Shown here: positions 1 to 10,159 of the stretch, piece after piece
Numbering within the stretch: position 1 is the stretch's first letter
Layout: each line of letters starts with the position of its first letter
Assembly (NCBI GenBank): GCA_034439575.1
Contig: JAWXAQ010000022.1
Span: 64,001 to 128,000 of the forward strand
Origin: Leptospira sp.
GTDB lineage: Bacteria; Spirochaetota; Leptospiria; Leptospirales; Leptospiraceae
DNA: 64,000 nt
Direction of reading: 5' to 3'
Notes under the pieces: model-generated
Database searches by the model: none
Told to the model about the DNA's origin: nothing
The model's input: only the letters and a program-made list of their open reading frames with translations
Translations under genes and position numbers: made by a program

Positions 1-450
1 GAAGAAAGAATATTGTCTTTAAGAGATAAAATCGATGGGAAACGAATCGTTTTTACAAATGGTTGCTTTGATATATTGCATCCTGGCCATGTTGAATATT
101 TAAGTCGGGCAAGGGATCTGGGAGATCTTCTTTGGCTTGGATTAAATTCCGATGCATCCGTCAAAAAATTGAAAGGAGAATCTCGACCGATTAACCGCTT
201 CGAAGACCGAGCCAGTGTAATGGCGGGTCTTGCCTGCATCGATTTTATTTCTGGATTTTCGGAAGACACACCTTTGGAACTGATTAAAAAAATTCGCCCA
301 AAGATCCATTGCAAAGGGGGAGATTATCAAAAGGAAAAATTACCAGAATACCCACTACTTGTCTCTCTTGGCGCAGAAGTGGTCATATTGCCATTTTTAC
401 AAGGGAAATCCACAACTTCCATCTTGGAAAAAGCGAAGTTCACACTTTAA
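1..450 (+). CDS. rfaE2: D-glycero-beta-D-manno-heptose 1-phosphate adenylyltransferase (probably 5'-truncated by window edge)
   Basis: FTNGCFDILHPGH, GLNSDASV and KGGDY motifs; frame is open from base 1. Confidence 0.9.
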   Translation, partial: EERILSLRDKIDGKRIVFTNGCFDILHPGHVEYLSRARDLGDLLWLGLNSDASVKKLKGESRPINRFEDRASVMAGLACIDFISGFSEDTPLELIKKIRPKIHCKGGDYQKEKLPEYPLLVSLGAEVVILPFLQGKSTTSILEKAKFTL

Positions 451-519
451 ACGGTATTGATTTTGGGATAAACTCTCCCAAGCTGTAAAAAACATATCTT
501 TTCCTAAGGGGTTTCTCTT

Positions 520-2142
520 TTGTCCAAGACCAAGTACATATTTATCACGGGAGGAGTATCTTCCTCACTCGGCAAAGGAGTTACTGTCGCAGCCCTCGGT
601 TGTCTATTGGAGGCAAGAGGTTATACGGTATCCTTACAAAAAATGGATCCATATATCAACATTGATCCAGGCACGATGAGTCCCTACCAACATGGCGAAG
701 TGTATGTAACAGAAGACGGTGCTGAAACGGATCTGGACCTTGGGTATTACGAAAGATTCACTCATAGTAAACTTTCCAGAAAAAATTCCGTTTCCACAGG
801 TCAGATCTATCATGCAGTCATTGAAAGGGAAAGAAAAGGCGATTATTTAGGTCGCACTGTCCAAGTTGTACCTCATATAACAAACGAAATACGAAATCGA
901 ATTTATACATTATCTAGGGATAACGAAACGGACTTCGTAATCGTTGAAATTGGTGGAACAGTCGGAGATATAGAGTCTGTTCCATTTTTAGAAGCGATTC
1001 GCCAAATGCGTTATGAACATGGACAGTCCCAGGTTTTATTTTTGCACCTAACTTTGGTTCCCACCATAACTGCGGCTGGTGAAGCGAAAACAAAACCTAC
1101 GCAACACTCCGTAAAAGAATTGTTAGCTTTAGGTATTCAGCCTGATGTATTAATTTGTCGTATTAATAAACCAATGACGAAAGAGATGAAAGGTAAAATT
1201 TCTCTTTTTTGTAATGTCAAAGATCAAAATGTGATCTCGGCTGTAGATATCACGACTTCAATATATGAAATTCCTATGATGTATAGGGAAGAAAAACTCG
1301 ACGAAGTGGTGTTAAACGCACTTGGAATGGATTTACGTAAACTTAGTTTTTCTCATTGGGAAAATTTAGTTAAAAGAATTCTAAATGCTAAACGTTCTGT
1401 AAAAATTGCAGTGATTGGAAAATATATATCCCTCCAAGATGCATATCGATCTGTATATGAATCTTTGGCACATGGTGGTATCGCAAACGATGTGGAAGTC
1501 GTTGTTGTAAAGATAAATCCAGAAGATATTGATGCTAAAAATGTGAAAGATCACCTAAAGGGTGTTCACGGGGTACTTGTGCCTGGTGGCTTTGGCGAAA
1601 GAGGGATTGAAGGCAAAATTCTTTCTATCCAATATGCCAGAACCAAAAACATTCCTTTCTTTGGGATATGTCTTGGGATGCAATGTGCGGTGATTGAATT
1701 TGGACGAAATGTTCTGGGATTTAAAGATGCCAATTCCACTGAATTTAATCCACAGTCTGGCCACCCAGTTATTTCAATGATTGAAGAACAAATGGAAATT
1801 GAACGTATGGGCGGAACGATGAGACTCGGTGCCTATCCTTGTGTTGTGAAAAAAGGAACATTGGCTTACCAAGAATACAAATCAGAAAAAATCTCCGAAC
1901 GTCATAGACATAGATTTGAATTTACGCTTCGATATAAAGAAGAATATGAAAAAAAGGGTATGAGCATTACCGGATATTCGCCTGATGAAAGTTTGGTTGA
2001 GATAGTGGAAGTTTCCACTCATCCTTGGTTTGTTGGTGTCCAATTTCACCCAGAATTTCAATCAAGACCTACGTCACCTCATCCACTGTTTGCTGGTTTT
2101 ATTAAGGCAGCAAGTAAACTTGCTAAAAAATCGGAGGATTAA
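520..2142 (+). CDS. pyrG: CTP synthase
   Basis: KYIFITGGVSSSLGKG N-terminus; glutamine amidotransferase motifs GICLGMQ and VQFHPEF. Confidence 0.99.
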   Translation: MSKTKYIFITGGVSSSLGKGVTVAALGCLLEARGYTVSLQKMDPYINIDPGTMSPYQHGEVYVTEDGAETDLDLGYYERFTHSKLSRKNSVSTGQIYHAVIERERKGDYLGRTVQVVPHITNEIRNRIYTLSRDNETDFVIVEIGGTVGDIESVPFLEAIRQMRYEHGQSQVLFLHLTLVPTITAAGEAKTKPTQHSVKELLALGIQPDVLICRINKPMTKEMKGKISLFCNVKDQNVISAVDITTSIYEIPMMYREEKLDEVVLNALGMDLRKLSFSHWENLVKRILNAKRSVKIAVIGKYISLQDAYRSVYESLAHGGIANDVEVVVVKINPEDIDAKNVKDHLKGVHGVLVPGGFGERGIEGKILSIQYARTKNIPFFGICLGMQCAVIEFGRNVLGFKDANSTEFNPQSGHPVISMIEEQMEIERMGGTMRLGAYPCVVKKGTLAYQEYKSEKISERHRHRFEFTLRYKEEYEKKGMSITGYSPDESLVEIVEVSTHPWFVGVQFHPEFQSRPTSPHPLFAGFIKAASKLAKKSED

Positions 2143-2144
2143 AG

Positions 2145-2993
2145 ATGTCAGATTTAATTGAAGAACGAGAATTTTTTGGTAAAAAAATTGGCGGAAGGAA
2201 TCCATTCTTTTTAATCTCCGGACCATGCGTAATGGAAAACAAAGATCTGTTAGATCGAGTTTGTGGAGAAATGAAAGCGATATGTGATGATTTAGGTATA
2301 GTGTATATTTTTAAATCTTCTTTTGACAAGGCAAATAGATCGTCTATCAATTCATATCGTGGACCTGGAATTGAGGAAGGAAGAAGGTTACTTGATTTTA
2401 TTAAAAATAAATATAATGTACCCGTACTCACAGATGTTCATGAAACGATTCAAATTGACCCATTAAAAGATACAGTAGATATTTACCAAATCCCTGCTTT
2501 TCTTTGTCGCCAAACAGATCTTATTGCGAAGGCCGCAGAAACTGGAAAATGGGTGAATGTAAAAAAAGGGCAATTTATGGCCCCACATGACGCGCGTCAT
2601 ATCAAAACAAAAATTCAAGAATCTGGATCTGAAAAGTATTTGGTTACCGAAAGAGGTGCAAGTTTTGGTTATGGAAATTTGGTCTTTGATACAAGAGCCA
2701 TACCTATGATTCATAAACATGGAATTCCTATTGTTTTTGATGGTACACACTCTGCCCAATTGCCTGGTGGTGCTGGTAATATTACTGGAGGTGTCCGGGA
2801 ATTTATACCTCATATGACGAGAGCTGCTATTTCTGTCGGAGTCGAGGGATTGTTTATGGAAGTGCATCCTGATCCAGAAAAGGCACTTAGTGATGCTACC
2901 ACACAATTTCCGCTCGCAAAAGTGGCAAAATTATTAAAGAATTTATTGGAAATTGATACTTTTGTCAAAAACAAAGTGCTTGGTTTTGATTAA
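2145..2993 (+). CDS. kdsA: KDO 8-phosphate synthase
   Basis: GPCVME, FKSSFDKANRSS, QIPAFLCRQTDL, KKGQF motifs. Confidence 0.98.
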   Translation: MSDLIEEREFFGKKIGGRNPFFLISGPCVMENKDLLDRVCGEMKAICDDLGIVYIFKSSFDKANRSSINSYRGPGIEEGRRLLDFIKNKYNVPVLTDVHETIQIDPLKDTVDIYQIPAFLCRQTDLIAKAAETGKWVNVKKGQFMAPHDARHIKTKIQESGSEKYLVTERGASFGYGNLVFDTRAIPMIHKHGIPIVFDGTHSAQLPGGAGNITGGVREFIPHMTRAAISVGVEGLFMEVHPDPEKALSDATTQFPLAKVAKLLKNLLEIDTFVKNKVLGFD

Positions 2994-3002
2994 AAAAAAA
3001 TC

Positions 3003-3542
3003 ATGAGAAGATTGCTTTTTACAGTCATCTTACTTTTGTTAATTGATTGTAAACAAAAAAAGTATCTTCGTATCGATGAAGAAAAAGAATCAGGATCTAT
3101 GATCTCTATGAGAGACTTCTCAAGACTATCTTATACGAAAGAAGGTGGCTTGGAATGGAAATTACTAGGCAAAGAATCTTATATTTACCCAACAGATAAT
3201 CGAACGGTTGTTTATGGGTTCGAGTTTTACCAATACGAAAATGGAAAATATAAATCATATCTAACTGGTAAACGCGGAGAAATCAATCACACATCAAAAT
3301 CCGTAGTTTTAGAAGGTGATGTAAATTTAAAAACCGAAGAAGGTCGTATTCTCAAATCCGAAATTCTCAATTATAATTTGGATGAAAAAACTCTTTCCAC
3401 TGATGCTGAAGTTGTGATATATTCAGACGGAACAACGATTAGGGGTAAAGGATTACGAGCTGATCGTGGTTTAAATAAATACACGATTCTTAGACCAACT
3501 GCGATCACCGTTGGTGGAACTAGTCCTCTGAAAGAAAAATGA
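3003..3542 (+). CDS. lptC: LPS export ABC transporter periplasmic protein LptC
   Basis: N-terminal hydrophobic anchor with Cys, beta-jellyroll-like strands, position kdsA-lptC-lptA-lptB. Confidence 0.8.
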   Translation: MRRLLFTVILLLLIDCKQKKYLRIDEEKESGSMISMRDFSRLSYTKEGGLEWKLLGKESYIYPTDNRTVVYGFEFYQYENGKYKSYLTGKRGEINHTSKSVVLEGDVNLKTEEGRILKSEILNYNLDEKTLSTDAEVVIYSDGTTIRGKGLRADRGLNKYTILRPTAITVGGTSPLKEK

Positions 3543-4945
3543 AATTTTTAATCATCATTACAATTTGTATTTTGGGTAGCGGTCTTTTTGCTGATACTCT
3601 AGAACCTCTCATATTAATCGGGACGGATGATTTTTTGAAATCATACAATTTCAATACAAATGATATTAAAAAGGATACAAAGAAAAAAGACAAAACTCCA
3701 GTTATATGGGGAGGAAATACACTCACCCAAGAAGAAAGGCTTGTGAATGGATTTCAAATGAAAACTTTTATACTGGGTGGTGGGGCTTATATCACACACA
3801 AAAGTATACGATTGGGGGCCCGTGAAATTGAAATTATAGGGGAAGATGCACTTCAAGGTAATTTAAAAGGACAAGTCATTGTCGAAGACAAAGAAAATGG
3901 CGCTACCCTAATTGCAAATAAGGGAACCTACGATAAAATGGCTGGTACTGTTACCTTAGAAAATAAACCTACACTCATACATAAAAAAGATGGTAAAGTG
4001 GTTCGAATCCATTGCGAAAGTATAGTTCGGTATTTAGAAGAAGCAAAAACTATTTTAACGGGTCGAGTGATTGTCACTTCTCTCGATTTTAGGGTGTTTG
4101 GCGAAGATGCAGTTTATTATGAAAAAGAAGATCGAATTGATTTAGCAAATGAACCATTTTTGTTTTCTGAAAACCGCTTCCTTCAGGGAAAAAATTTATC
4201 ATATTTTGTAAAAGAAGGTAGTATTGTTCTGGATGGTGATGCATCAATATACCAAGTAAGTTTCGAAGCAGAGAAAAAAAAGTTAGAAGACAGAAAGAAA
4301 AATTCTCAAAAACCAGAAACAACTGAAAATCAAAAAAAAGAAAATTCCGAAAAACAAAAGTTACGCGTAATTACCATTTTTAGTGGAAATAAATTAGTTC
4401 ACAAAAATAAATCAGCAAATAAAGAAGCAATAACATCTATGAATGGCAAGGCATTTATGTTTAGAGAAGATTCTGAATTTAAAGCCGAAGAAATCCAAAG
4501 TCTTCAAAATAATAAATTGATTATATCAAAAGGGAATGTAAGTTTTTTGGATAAGGCAAATTCGTATAGAATGGAAGGGGGACTACTTGAATACAATAAA
4601 GAGCGTGGTTATTCCTACCTGACTGAAAAACCAAAAATTTTCTTTTTGGATGAAAAAACCTTAGAAGAAAAAGGAAATCTTTCTTCTGTGTTTATCGAAC
4701 GTTTTGATGAAAAAAAAGAGGCTGTGGCACGGGGTGATGTTTCGATTCAAACCCAAAGTTCTACAGCTCATGGAGAATATGCTACTTTCTTCGAAGAAGA
4801 GGACAAACTTGTATTAGAAGGTAATCCTTCTCTAACGCGTGATAACACAAAAGTATCTGCTGGAAAAATAATAATCTACCCAAATGAAGATAGAGCAATT
4901 TTGACCGATGGACTTAAGGTAATTGGAAATGACCAAAAGAAATAA
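3539..4945 (+). CDS. LptA/OstA-family LPS transport protein (unusually long, 468 aa)
   Basis: Signal peptide; repeated OstA-like motifs ([17 protein letters not shown]); lies between lptC and lptB. Confidence 0.75.
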   Translation: MKFLIIITICILGSGLFADTLEPLILIGTDDFLKSYNFNTNDIKKDTKKKDKTPVIWGGNTLTQEERLVNGFQMKTFILGGGAYITHKSIRLGAREIEIIGEDALQGNLKGQVIVEDKENGATLIANKGTYDKMAGTVTLENKPTLIHKKDGKVVRIHCESIVRYLEEAKTILTGRVIVTSLDFRVFGEDAVYYEKEDRIDLANEPFLFSENRFLQGKNLSYFVKEGSIVLDGDASIYQVSFEAEKKKLEDRKKNSQKPETTENQKKENSEKQKLRVITIFSGNKLVHKNKSANKEAITSMNGKAFMFREDSEFKAEEIQSLQNNKLIISKGNVSFLDKANSYRMEGGLLEYNKERGYSYLTEKPKIFFLDEKTLEEKGNLSSVFIERFDEKKEAVARGDVSIQTQSSTAHGEYATFFEEEDKLVLEGNPSLTRDNTKVSAGKIIIYPNEDRAILTDGLKVIGNDQKK

Positions 4946-5699
4946 AAAGGAAATCGCAGTCGTAGATAACACACCCGTTAAAACTTTTCGAATGGAAAAT
5001 CTTGTTAAGGTTTATAACAAGAGAAAGGTGGTGGATGGGGTCAGTTTTTATATTCGAAAAGGTGAAATTGTCGGACTCCTTGGTCCGAATGGGGCTGGAA
5101 AAACGACATCATTTTATATGAGTGTGGGTTTTGTGACTCCCGATGAAGGAACTGTCTTTATAGATGATGAAGATCTCACAAAAGCCCCTATGCACATTCG
5201 AGCTAGAATGGGCGTTGGATATTTGGCACAAGAGGCTTCTATATTTCGAAAACTCACAGTTGCTGAAAATTTAGAAGCGATTTTAGAGACTATGAATTTG
5301 CCAGGTGATGAAATCATTCGCAGACGTGATGAACTTTTAATGGAACTACAAATTATGCGAGTCGCAAATCAAAAAGGCTATACCTTGTCAGGTGGTGAGA
5401 GACGTAGGTGTGAGATTGCGAGAGCGCTTGTAACAAATCCAGATTTCATATTACTTGATGAACCATTTGCTGGTGTGGATCCGATTGCTGTAAAAGATAT
5501 TCAAAATGTGATCCAAGCATTAAAAAACAGAGGCCTTGGAATTCTTATCACGGATCATAATGTTCGTGAAACTTTGAAAATTACAGATAGAGCTTATATA
5601 ATGTACAGCGGACGTATCCTGATTTCTGGATCTGCTGATGATTTGATCAATGACCCTGAAACGAGACGTATATATCTAGGGGAAGATTTTAAACTCTAA
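4929..5699 (+). CDS. lptB: LPS export ABC transporter ATP-binding protein
   Basis: [53 protein letters not shown] 4929 chosen, start uncertain. Confidence 0.97.
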   Translation: MTKRNKKEIAVVDNTPVKTFRMENLVKVYNKRKVVDGVSFYIRKGEIVGLLGPNGAGKTTSFYMSVGFVTPDEGTVFIDDEDLTKAPMHIRARMGVGYLAQEASIFRKLTVAENLEAILETMNLPGDEIIRRRDELLMELQIMRVANQKGYTLSGGERRRCEIARALVTNPDFILLDEPFAGVDPIAVKDIQNVIQALKNRGLGILITDHNVRETLKITDRAYIMYSGRILISGSADDLINDPETRRIYLGEDFKL

Positions 5700-5701
5700 T
5701 T

Positions 5702-7123
5702 ATGAAATTAGGAAATTCCATATCTCAAAGACAAACGCAAAAATTGGTCATGACACATGACTTGCGTCAGTCGATAGAATTATTGTCACTTTCTACATTG
5801 GAACTATCTGACAAAATTCAAAATGAATTAATGGAAAATCCCATGTTGGATGAAGTGGGCCTCGATGAAAAACAAAAAATGCCGGAACTATTTTCTTTCG
5901 AAGAAGTGAAGCGAATAGAAAAATTAAATCATGAAAAAAGTACAGACATCAATTGGCAAGAAGCATATTCCTTAGAGGGTCCCAAAAGCTATAATCAAGA
6001 AGCAAGCGATAGAAATCAAAAATATATAGAATCATCCTCAAAAGGCATATCTCTAGAAGAACACTTGTTATCCCAGTTAAGGCTCATTGATTTGACGGAT
6101 CAAGAATACCGGATAGGTGAAGTTTTGGTTTCCATGATCGATGATAAAGGATTTATCAAGGAAGATTTAAGTATACTTTCCATCGAAATGAATTTTTCGT
6201 TACCAAAAATTCAAAAAGTATTAAAAATCATTCAGGAACTGGATCCAATTGGCATTGGTGCCAAAGATATCCAAGAAACATTACTTGTACAAGCTAAGAT
6301 TTTATTTCCGGAAAACAAAACATTACATTTGTTAATCAATGAATTTTTGAATGATTTAGAAAAAATTGATTATAAAAAAATTGCAAAAACTCTTCGTATC
6401 ACTGAAGACGAAGTTTCGCAATTAGCCAGAACAGTCAAAAAACTCGAACCCTATCCAGCTACTTTATACCAAGGGAAAAAAACTGACTATGTAGTTCCTG
6501 ATGTGGTAGTCAAACAAATCGGGAATGAATTTAACATTTTTATAAACGATGAATGGCTACCTAAACTTTCTATCCAAGATGAATATAAAGAATTATTAAA
6601 TACAAAATTACCACCAGCTGAAAAGGAATACTTTCAAACAAAATTTAGTTCTGCTCAATGGTTGATTCGATCCATTCAACAAAGAAGACATACTTTGCAA
6701 AGAGTGGTTAGCTCCATTATAGATTTCCAAGTGGAATTTTTTCGCGGTGGCATAACAAACATTCGTCCTTTGACTTTGAAAGAAATTGCTGAAAAATTAA
6801 ATTTACATGAGTCCACAATTTCCCGTATAACAACAAATAAATATATTCAAACTACTTGGGGTATTTTTGAATTAAAATGGTTTTTTTCTTCTGGAGTTAA
6901 ATCTTCAGAAGGTGGCAAAGAAAGTTCCAAAAAAATTCATGAATTCATTCGAAATTTGGTCAAAGATGAGGATGAACAAAATCCTCTTTCGGACCAAGAT
7001 ATTGTCGAACTTATGGAGAAAAAAGGTATTGAAATTGCTCGGCGAACGGTTGCAAAATATCGGAAAGTGCTTAAAATTCTGCCTTCCAATCAACGAAAAC
7101 GAATTAGTACTTTAAAGGGTTAA
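5702..7123 (+). CDS. rpoN: RNA polymerase sigma-54 factor
   Basis: Gln/Leu-rich region I, LHESTISR HTH, RpoN box ARRTVAKYR. Confidence 0.99.
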   Translation: MKLGNSISQRQTQKLVMTHDLRQSIELLSLSTLELSDKIQNELMENPMLDEVGLDEKQKMPELFSFEEVKRIEKLNHEKSTDINWQEAYSLEGPKSYNQEASDRNQKYIESSSKGISLEEHLLSQLRLIDLTDQEYRIGEVLVSMIDDKGFIKEDLSILSIEMNFSLPKIQKVLKIIQELDPIGIGAKDIQETLLVQAKILFPENKTLHLLINEFLNDLEKIDYKKIAKTLRITEDEVSQLARTVKKLEPYPATLYQGKKTDYVVPDVVVKQIGNEFNIFINDEWLPKLSIQDEYKELLNTKLPPAEKEYFQTKFSSAQWLIRSIQQRRHTLQRVVSSIIDFQVEFFRGGITNIRPLTLKEIAEKLNLHESTISRITTNKYIQTTWGIFELKWFFSSGVKSSEGGKESSKKIHEFIRNLVKDEDEQNPLSDQDIVELMEKKGIEIARRTVAKYRKVLKILPSNQRKRISTLKG

Positions 7124-7126
7124 TGG

Positions 7127-8089
7127 ATGCCTGTACCGGGAATTACAGTCGAAACGATTCTGAAAGATCATGAGGACTTAAAACTTCAACTCGTTACAGG
7201 TGAGGAAGGCCTTGCCAATCGAATTAACAATGCAGAAATCAATCGACCAGGATTATCTTTAACAGGTTTTTTTGATTTTTTTGCTAATGATAGAATTCAA
7301 ATTTTTGGTAAAGGGGAATGGGCTTATTTAAATTCCCTCCCAGAAGAGCAGTTAGGTGAGATTACTGATAAGTTTTTCCAATTCCATTTAAATTGTATTA
7401 TTTATACTCATGGGAATGAACCACAAAATGATTTTGTAGAGATGGCAAAAAAGAAAGGCATACCGCTTTTTGTAACACCCATTTCAACTCATAGATTCAT
7501 TACACTTATCTCTCAAATTTTGGATCGTGCCTTAGCACCAAGGACTATGCGTCATGGAGTGTTAATCGAAGTATTTGGCATCGGAACCTTATTAACGGGA
7601 AGGTCCGGAGTTGGAAAAAGTGAAACAGCATTAGAACTTATTGAACGAGGACATCGTTTGGTTGCGGACGATATGGTTGAAATTCGTAGACTTAGCGAAA
7701 GTTATCTGATCGGTTCATGTTCTGATTTACTTAGGCATCATATGGAAATAAGAGGTCTTGGAATACTCAACATAAAAGACTTGTTCGGTGTTGGGTCTGT
7801 ACGTGATCACAAATTAATCGAACTGATAATTAGTTTAAAAGAATGGGAAGAAGAGGCTGACTATGAGAGAACTGGTATTGAACAGAGTACTGAAGAAATT
7901 TTAGGTGTCCCGATTCCACTGATCGAAATCCCAGTGAAACCAGGAAGAAATATTCCTATCATAGTCGAGACGGCTGCAATGAACCAAAGACTTAGAAAAA
8001 TGGGGAAAAACAGCGCAAAAGAATTTTCTAATAAACTAACTAATTATATCCAGCAGAGTAAAATTGAAACAAATCCAGTTAAAGATTAA
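7127..8089 (+). CDS. hprK: HPr(Ser) kinase/phosphorylase
   Basis: NRPGL, GRSGVGKSETALELIERGHRLVADD, MEIRGLGI, PVKPGRN. Confidence 0.98.
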   Translation: MPVPGITVETILKDHEDLKLQLVTGEEGLANRINNAEINRPGLSLTGFFDFFANDRIQIFGKGEWAYLNSLPEEQLGEITDKFFQFHLNCIIYTHGNEPQNDFVEMAKKKGIPLFVTPISTHRFITLISQILDRALAPRTMRHGVLIEVFGIGTLLTGRSGVGKSETALELIERGHRLVADDMVEIRRLSESYLIGSCSDLLRHHMEIRGLGILNIKDLFGVGSVRDHKLIELIISLKEWEEEADYERTGIEQSTEEILGVPIPLIEIPVKPGRNIPIIVETAAMNQRLRKMGKNSAKEFSNKLTNYIQQSKIETNPVKD

Positions 8090-8342
8090 TGAAGATAGTA
8101 CGGGTTTACATGCAAGGCCTGCTTCACTCTTTGTAAAAGTTGCAGCAACGTTTCCTTGCGAAATTTTTGTGATTAAAGACGATATTGAAGTAAATGGAAA
8201 ATCCATAATGGGACTCATGATGTTGGCCTTAGGTGCTGGTGTGGAATTTCAAGTAAAAGCTGATGGCAAAATGGAAGAAGAGGCACTACTTGCATTAGAA
8301 AAACTTGTAGTAAATAATTTTGAAATTGATGTTCCTAAATAA
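8064..8342 (+). CDS. ptsH: phosphocarrier protein HPr
   Basis: GLHARPA (His15 site) and NGKSIMGLMML (Ser46 site). Confidence 0.95.
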   Translation: MKQIQLKINEDSTGLHARPASLFVKVAATFPCEIFVIKDDIEVNGKSIMGLMMLALGAGVEFQVKADGKMEEEALLALEKLVVNNFEIDVPK

Positions 8343-10158
8343 TAAAAACTATAAACCAAAACTATCGGAGGAAACTAGATATTATTTAAGAGATGTTTTG
8401 ATTTTTCTTTTGACCATCTCCATTTCGGTAACTCTTGCTGAACTTTTTATTTTTCCAACAGAGGAAGATATCCCATTTTCAGCAAAATTTGAAACATATT
8501 TATTACTTTTAATCCCATTTTTTATTATTTCCCTAATTTTAAGTTATATATACCGAAATCGAAGAAATATTGAAACAGGGAAAATTCGAAGTTCGATTCG
8601 TTATCGTCTAACACTTGCTTTTCTATTTGTTGCATTACTACCATCAATCCCGATTTTTATATTGTCTTCCAATTTAACGGGAAGACTAATTGAAGGATTT
8701 TACAGAGTTGATATTTCAAATGCCTTAAAGTCATCCTTAAATCTGATTTCATTAACAGAAGCCGAAGCACATGAAGATTTAAAACAAAAATCTGATATTT
8801 TTGTAAATTCAGTGATGAAAGAACCAAATGATAGTTATTTGGTTTTTAAAAAAGCGGTCCAAAGTGGGCTTTTTGAAAAAGACAAATATTATTTAGGATA
8901 TATTGAAGGCAACATCGTAAAATTCGAATCAAAGGGACTATATAAATTTATATCCAATGCTGAATTTTCAGAGAATCTGAGTTCTGGAATTCCAAGAGAA
9001 GAATATAAACTCTACCAAGAAGATAGAGCGTATTTTTTATTAAAATATAAATTAAAAAATGATATAACCCTTGTTATTGGTCAAAGAATCCACTATGGAT
9101 ATGAATTGGAAGTCTATAATATCGTAAATGCCACTTCTACATATGATACTGTCAAATTATGGAAAGAAAAAATTCCGTATAGCATACGTCTCACAATTGG
9201 ACTTTTTTCTTTGAGTATGTTTCTTGTTGCCATCATGTTTTCCTTTATATTTGCCAGGAAAATTTCTAGACCAATAATCAATCTGGCAAATGCGACAAAG
9301 AAAGTTTCGTTAGGTGAATCTGATGTAAAAATAGAAATGACAGAAGACGGCGAAATGGGGATTTTAATTGAATCATTTAATCAAATGGTATCTGATTTAA
9401 AATCTAAATCGGAAGAATTAATGCATACACAACGAATCGCGGCATGGAAAGAAGTGGCGCAACGTATGGCGCATGAAATTAAAAATCCTCTGACACCGAT
9501 TCAATTGTCTGCAGAACGTATCCAAAGAAAATTTCAAAATCCGAAATCTGAAAATTTAGACGTCGTTATAAAAGATGCAACAGAAACGATTATCGGTCAA
9601 GTTCGAGTTCCTGAACATTTAGTTAAAGGATTTAGTGAATTCGCAAGAATGCCAGTACCTGTGCTTATCAACCAAAAAATAAATCCAATCTTAGAAGAAG
9701 CAACTCTGCTTTTTAAAGAATCAACAGATATTGATTTTGAATTAAAATTAACTGAAAATTTGCCTGAAGTTTTTGTCGATAAACGTTTGTTTCTTGGTGT
9801 TATTAATAATTTATTAAAAAATGCTGTAGAGGCTATCCAATCTGAAGACACTATGTTAGATGAACCAAATATTTGGAAAACTAGAAAGAAAAAAATTCGT
9901 ATATCGAGTAAAATGCAAAGAAAAGCTCTGCGAAGATTTATAATTATTGATATTGAAGATTCGGGACCAGGATTAAATCCAGAGTTAAGAGATAAAATTT
10001 TTGAACCTTATTTCTCGACAAAAGAAAATCATGGTTCTGGAATTGGGCTTGCTGTAGTCCAAAAAACTATTATTGATCATCATGGTCATATATCAGTTGA
10101 TGATTCTAGGTTAGGTGGCTGTAGATTCAAAATAGAATTGCCCTTAGGTCAGTCATAA
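8320..10158 (+). CDS. NtrY-like membrane sensor histidine kinase (HAMP, HisKA, HATPase)
   Basis: TM helices, HAMP, AWKEVAQRMAHEIKNPLTPIQL H-box, NLLKNA, DSGPG, GSGIGL; start uncertain. Confidence 0.9.
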   Translation: MKLMFLNNKNYKPKLSEETRYYLRDVLIFLLTISISVTLAELFIFPTEEDIPFSAKFETYLLLLIPFFIISLILSYIYRNRRNIETGKIRSSIRYRLTLAFLFVALLPSIPIFILSSNLTGRLIEGFYRVDISNALKSSLNLISLTEAEAHEDLKQKSDIFVNSVMKEPNDSYLVFKKAVQSGLFEKDKYYLGYIEGNIVKFESKGLYKFISNAEFSENLSSGIPREEYKLYQEDRAYFLLKYKLKNDITLVIGQRIHYGYELEVYNIVNATSTYDTVKLWKEKIPYSIRLTIGLFSLSMFLVAIMFSFIFARKISRPIINLANATKKVSLGESDVKIEMTEDGEMGILIESFNQMVSDLKSKSEELMHTQRIAAWKEVAQRMAHEIKNPLTPIQLSAERIQRKFQNPKSENLDVVIKDATETIIGQVRVPEHLVKGFSEFARMPVPVLINQKINPILEEATLLFKESTDIDFELKLTENLPEVFVDKRLFLGVINNLLKNAVEAIQSEDTMLDEPNIWKTRKKKIRISSKMQRKALRRFIIIDIEDSGPGLNPELRDKIFEPYFSTKENHGSGIGLAVVQKTIIDHHGHISVDDSRLGGCRFKIELPLGQS

Positions 10159-10159
10159 T

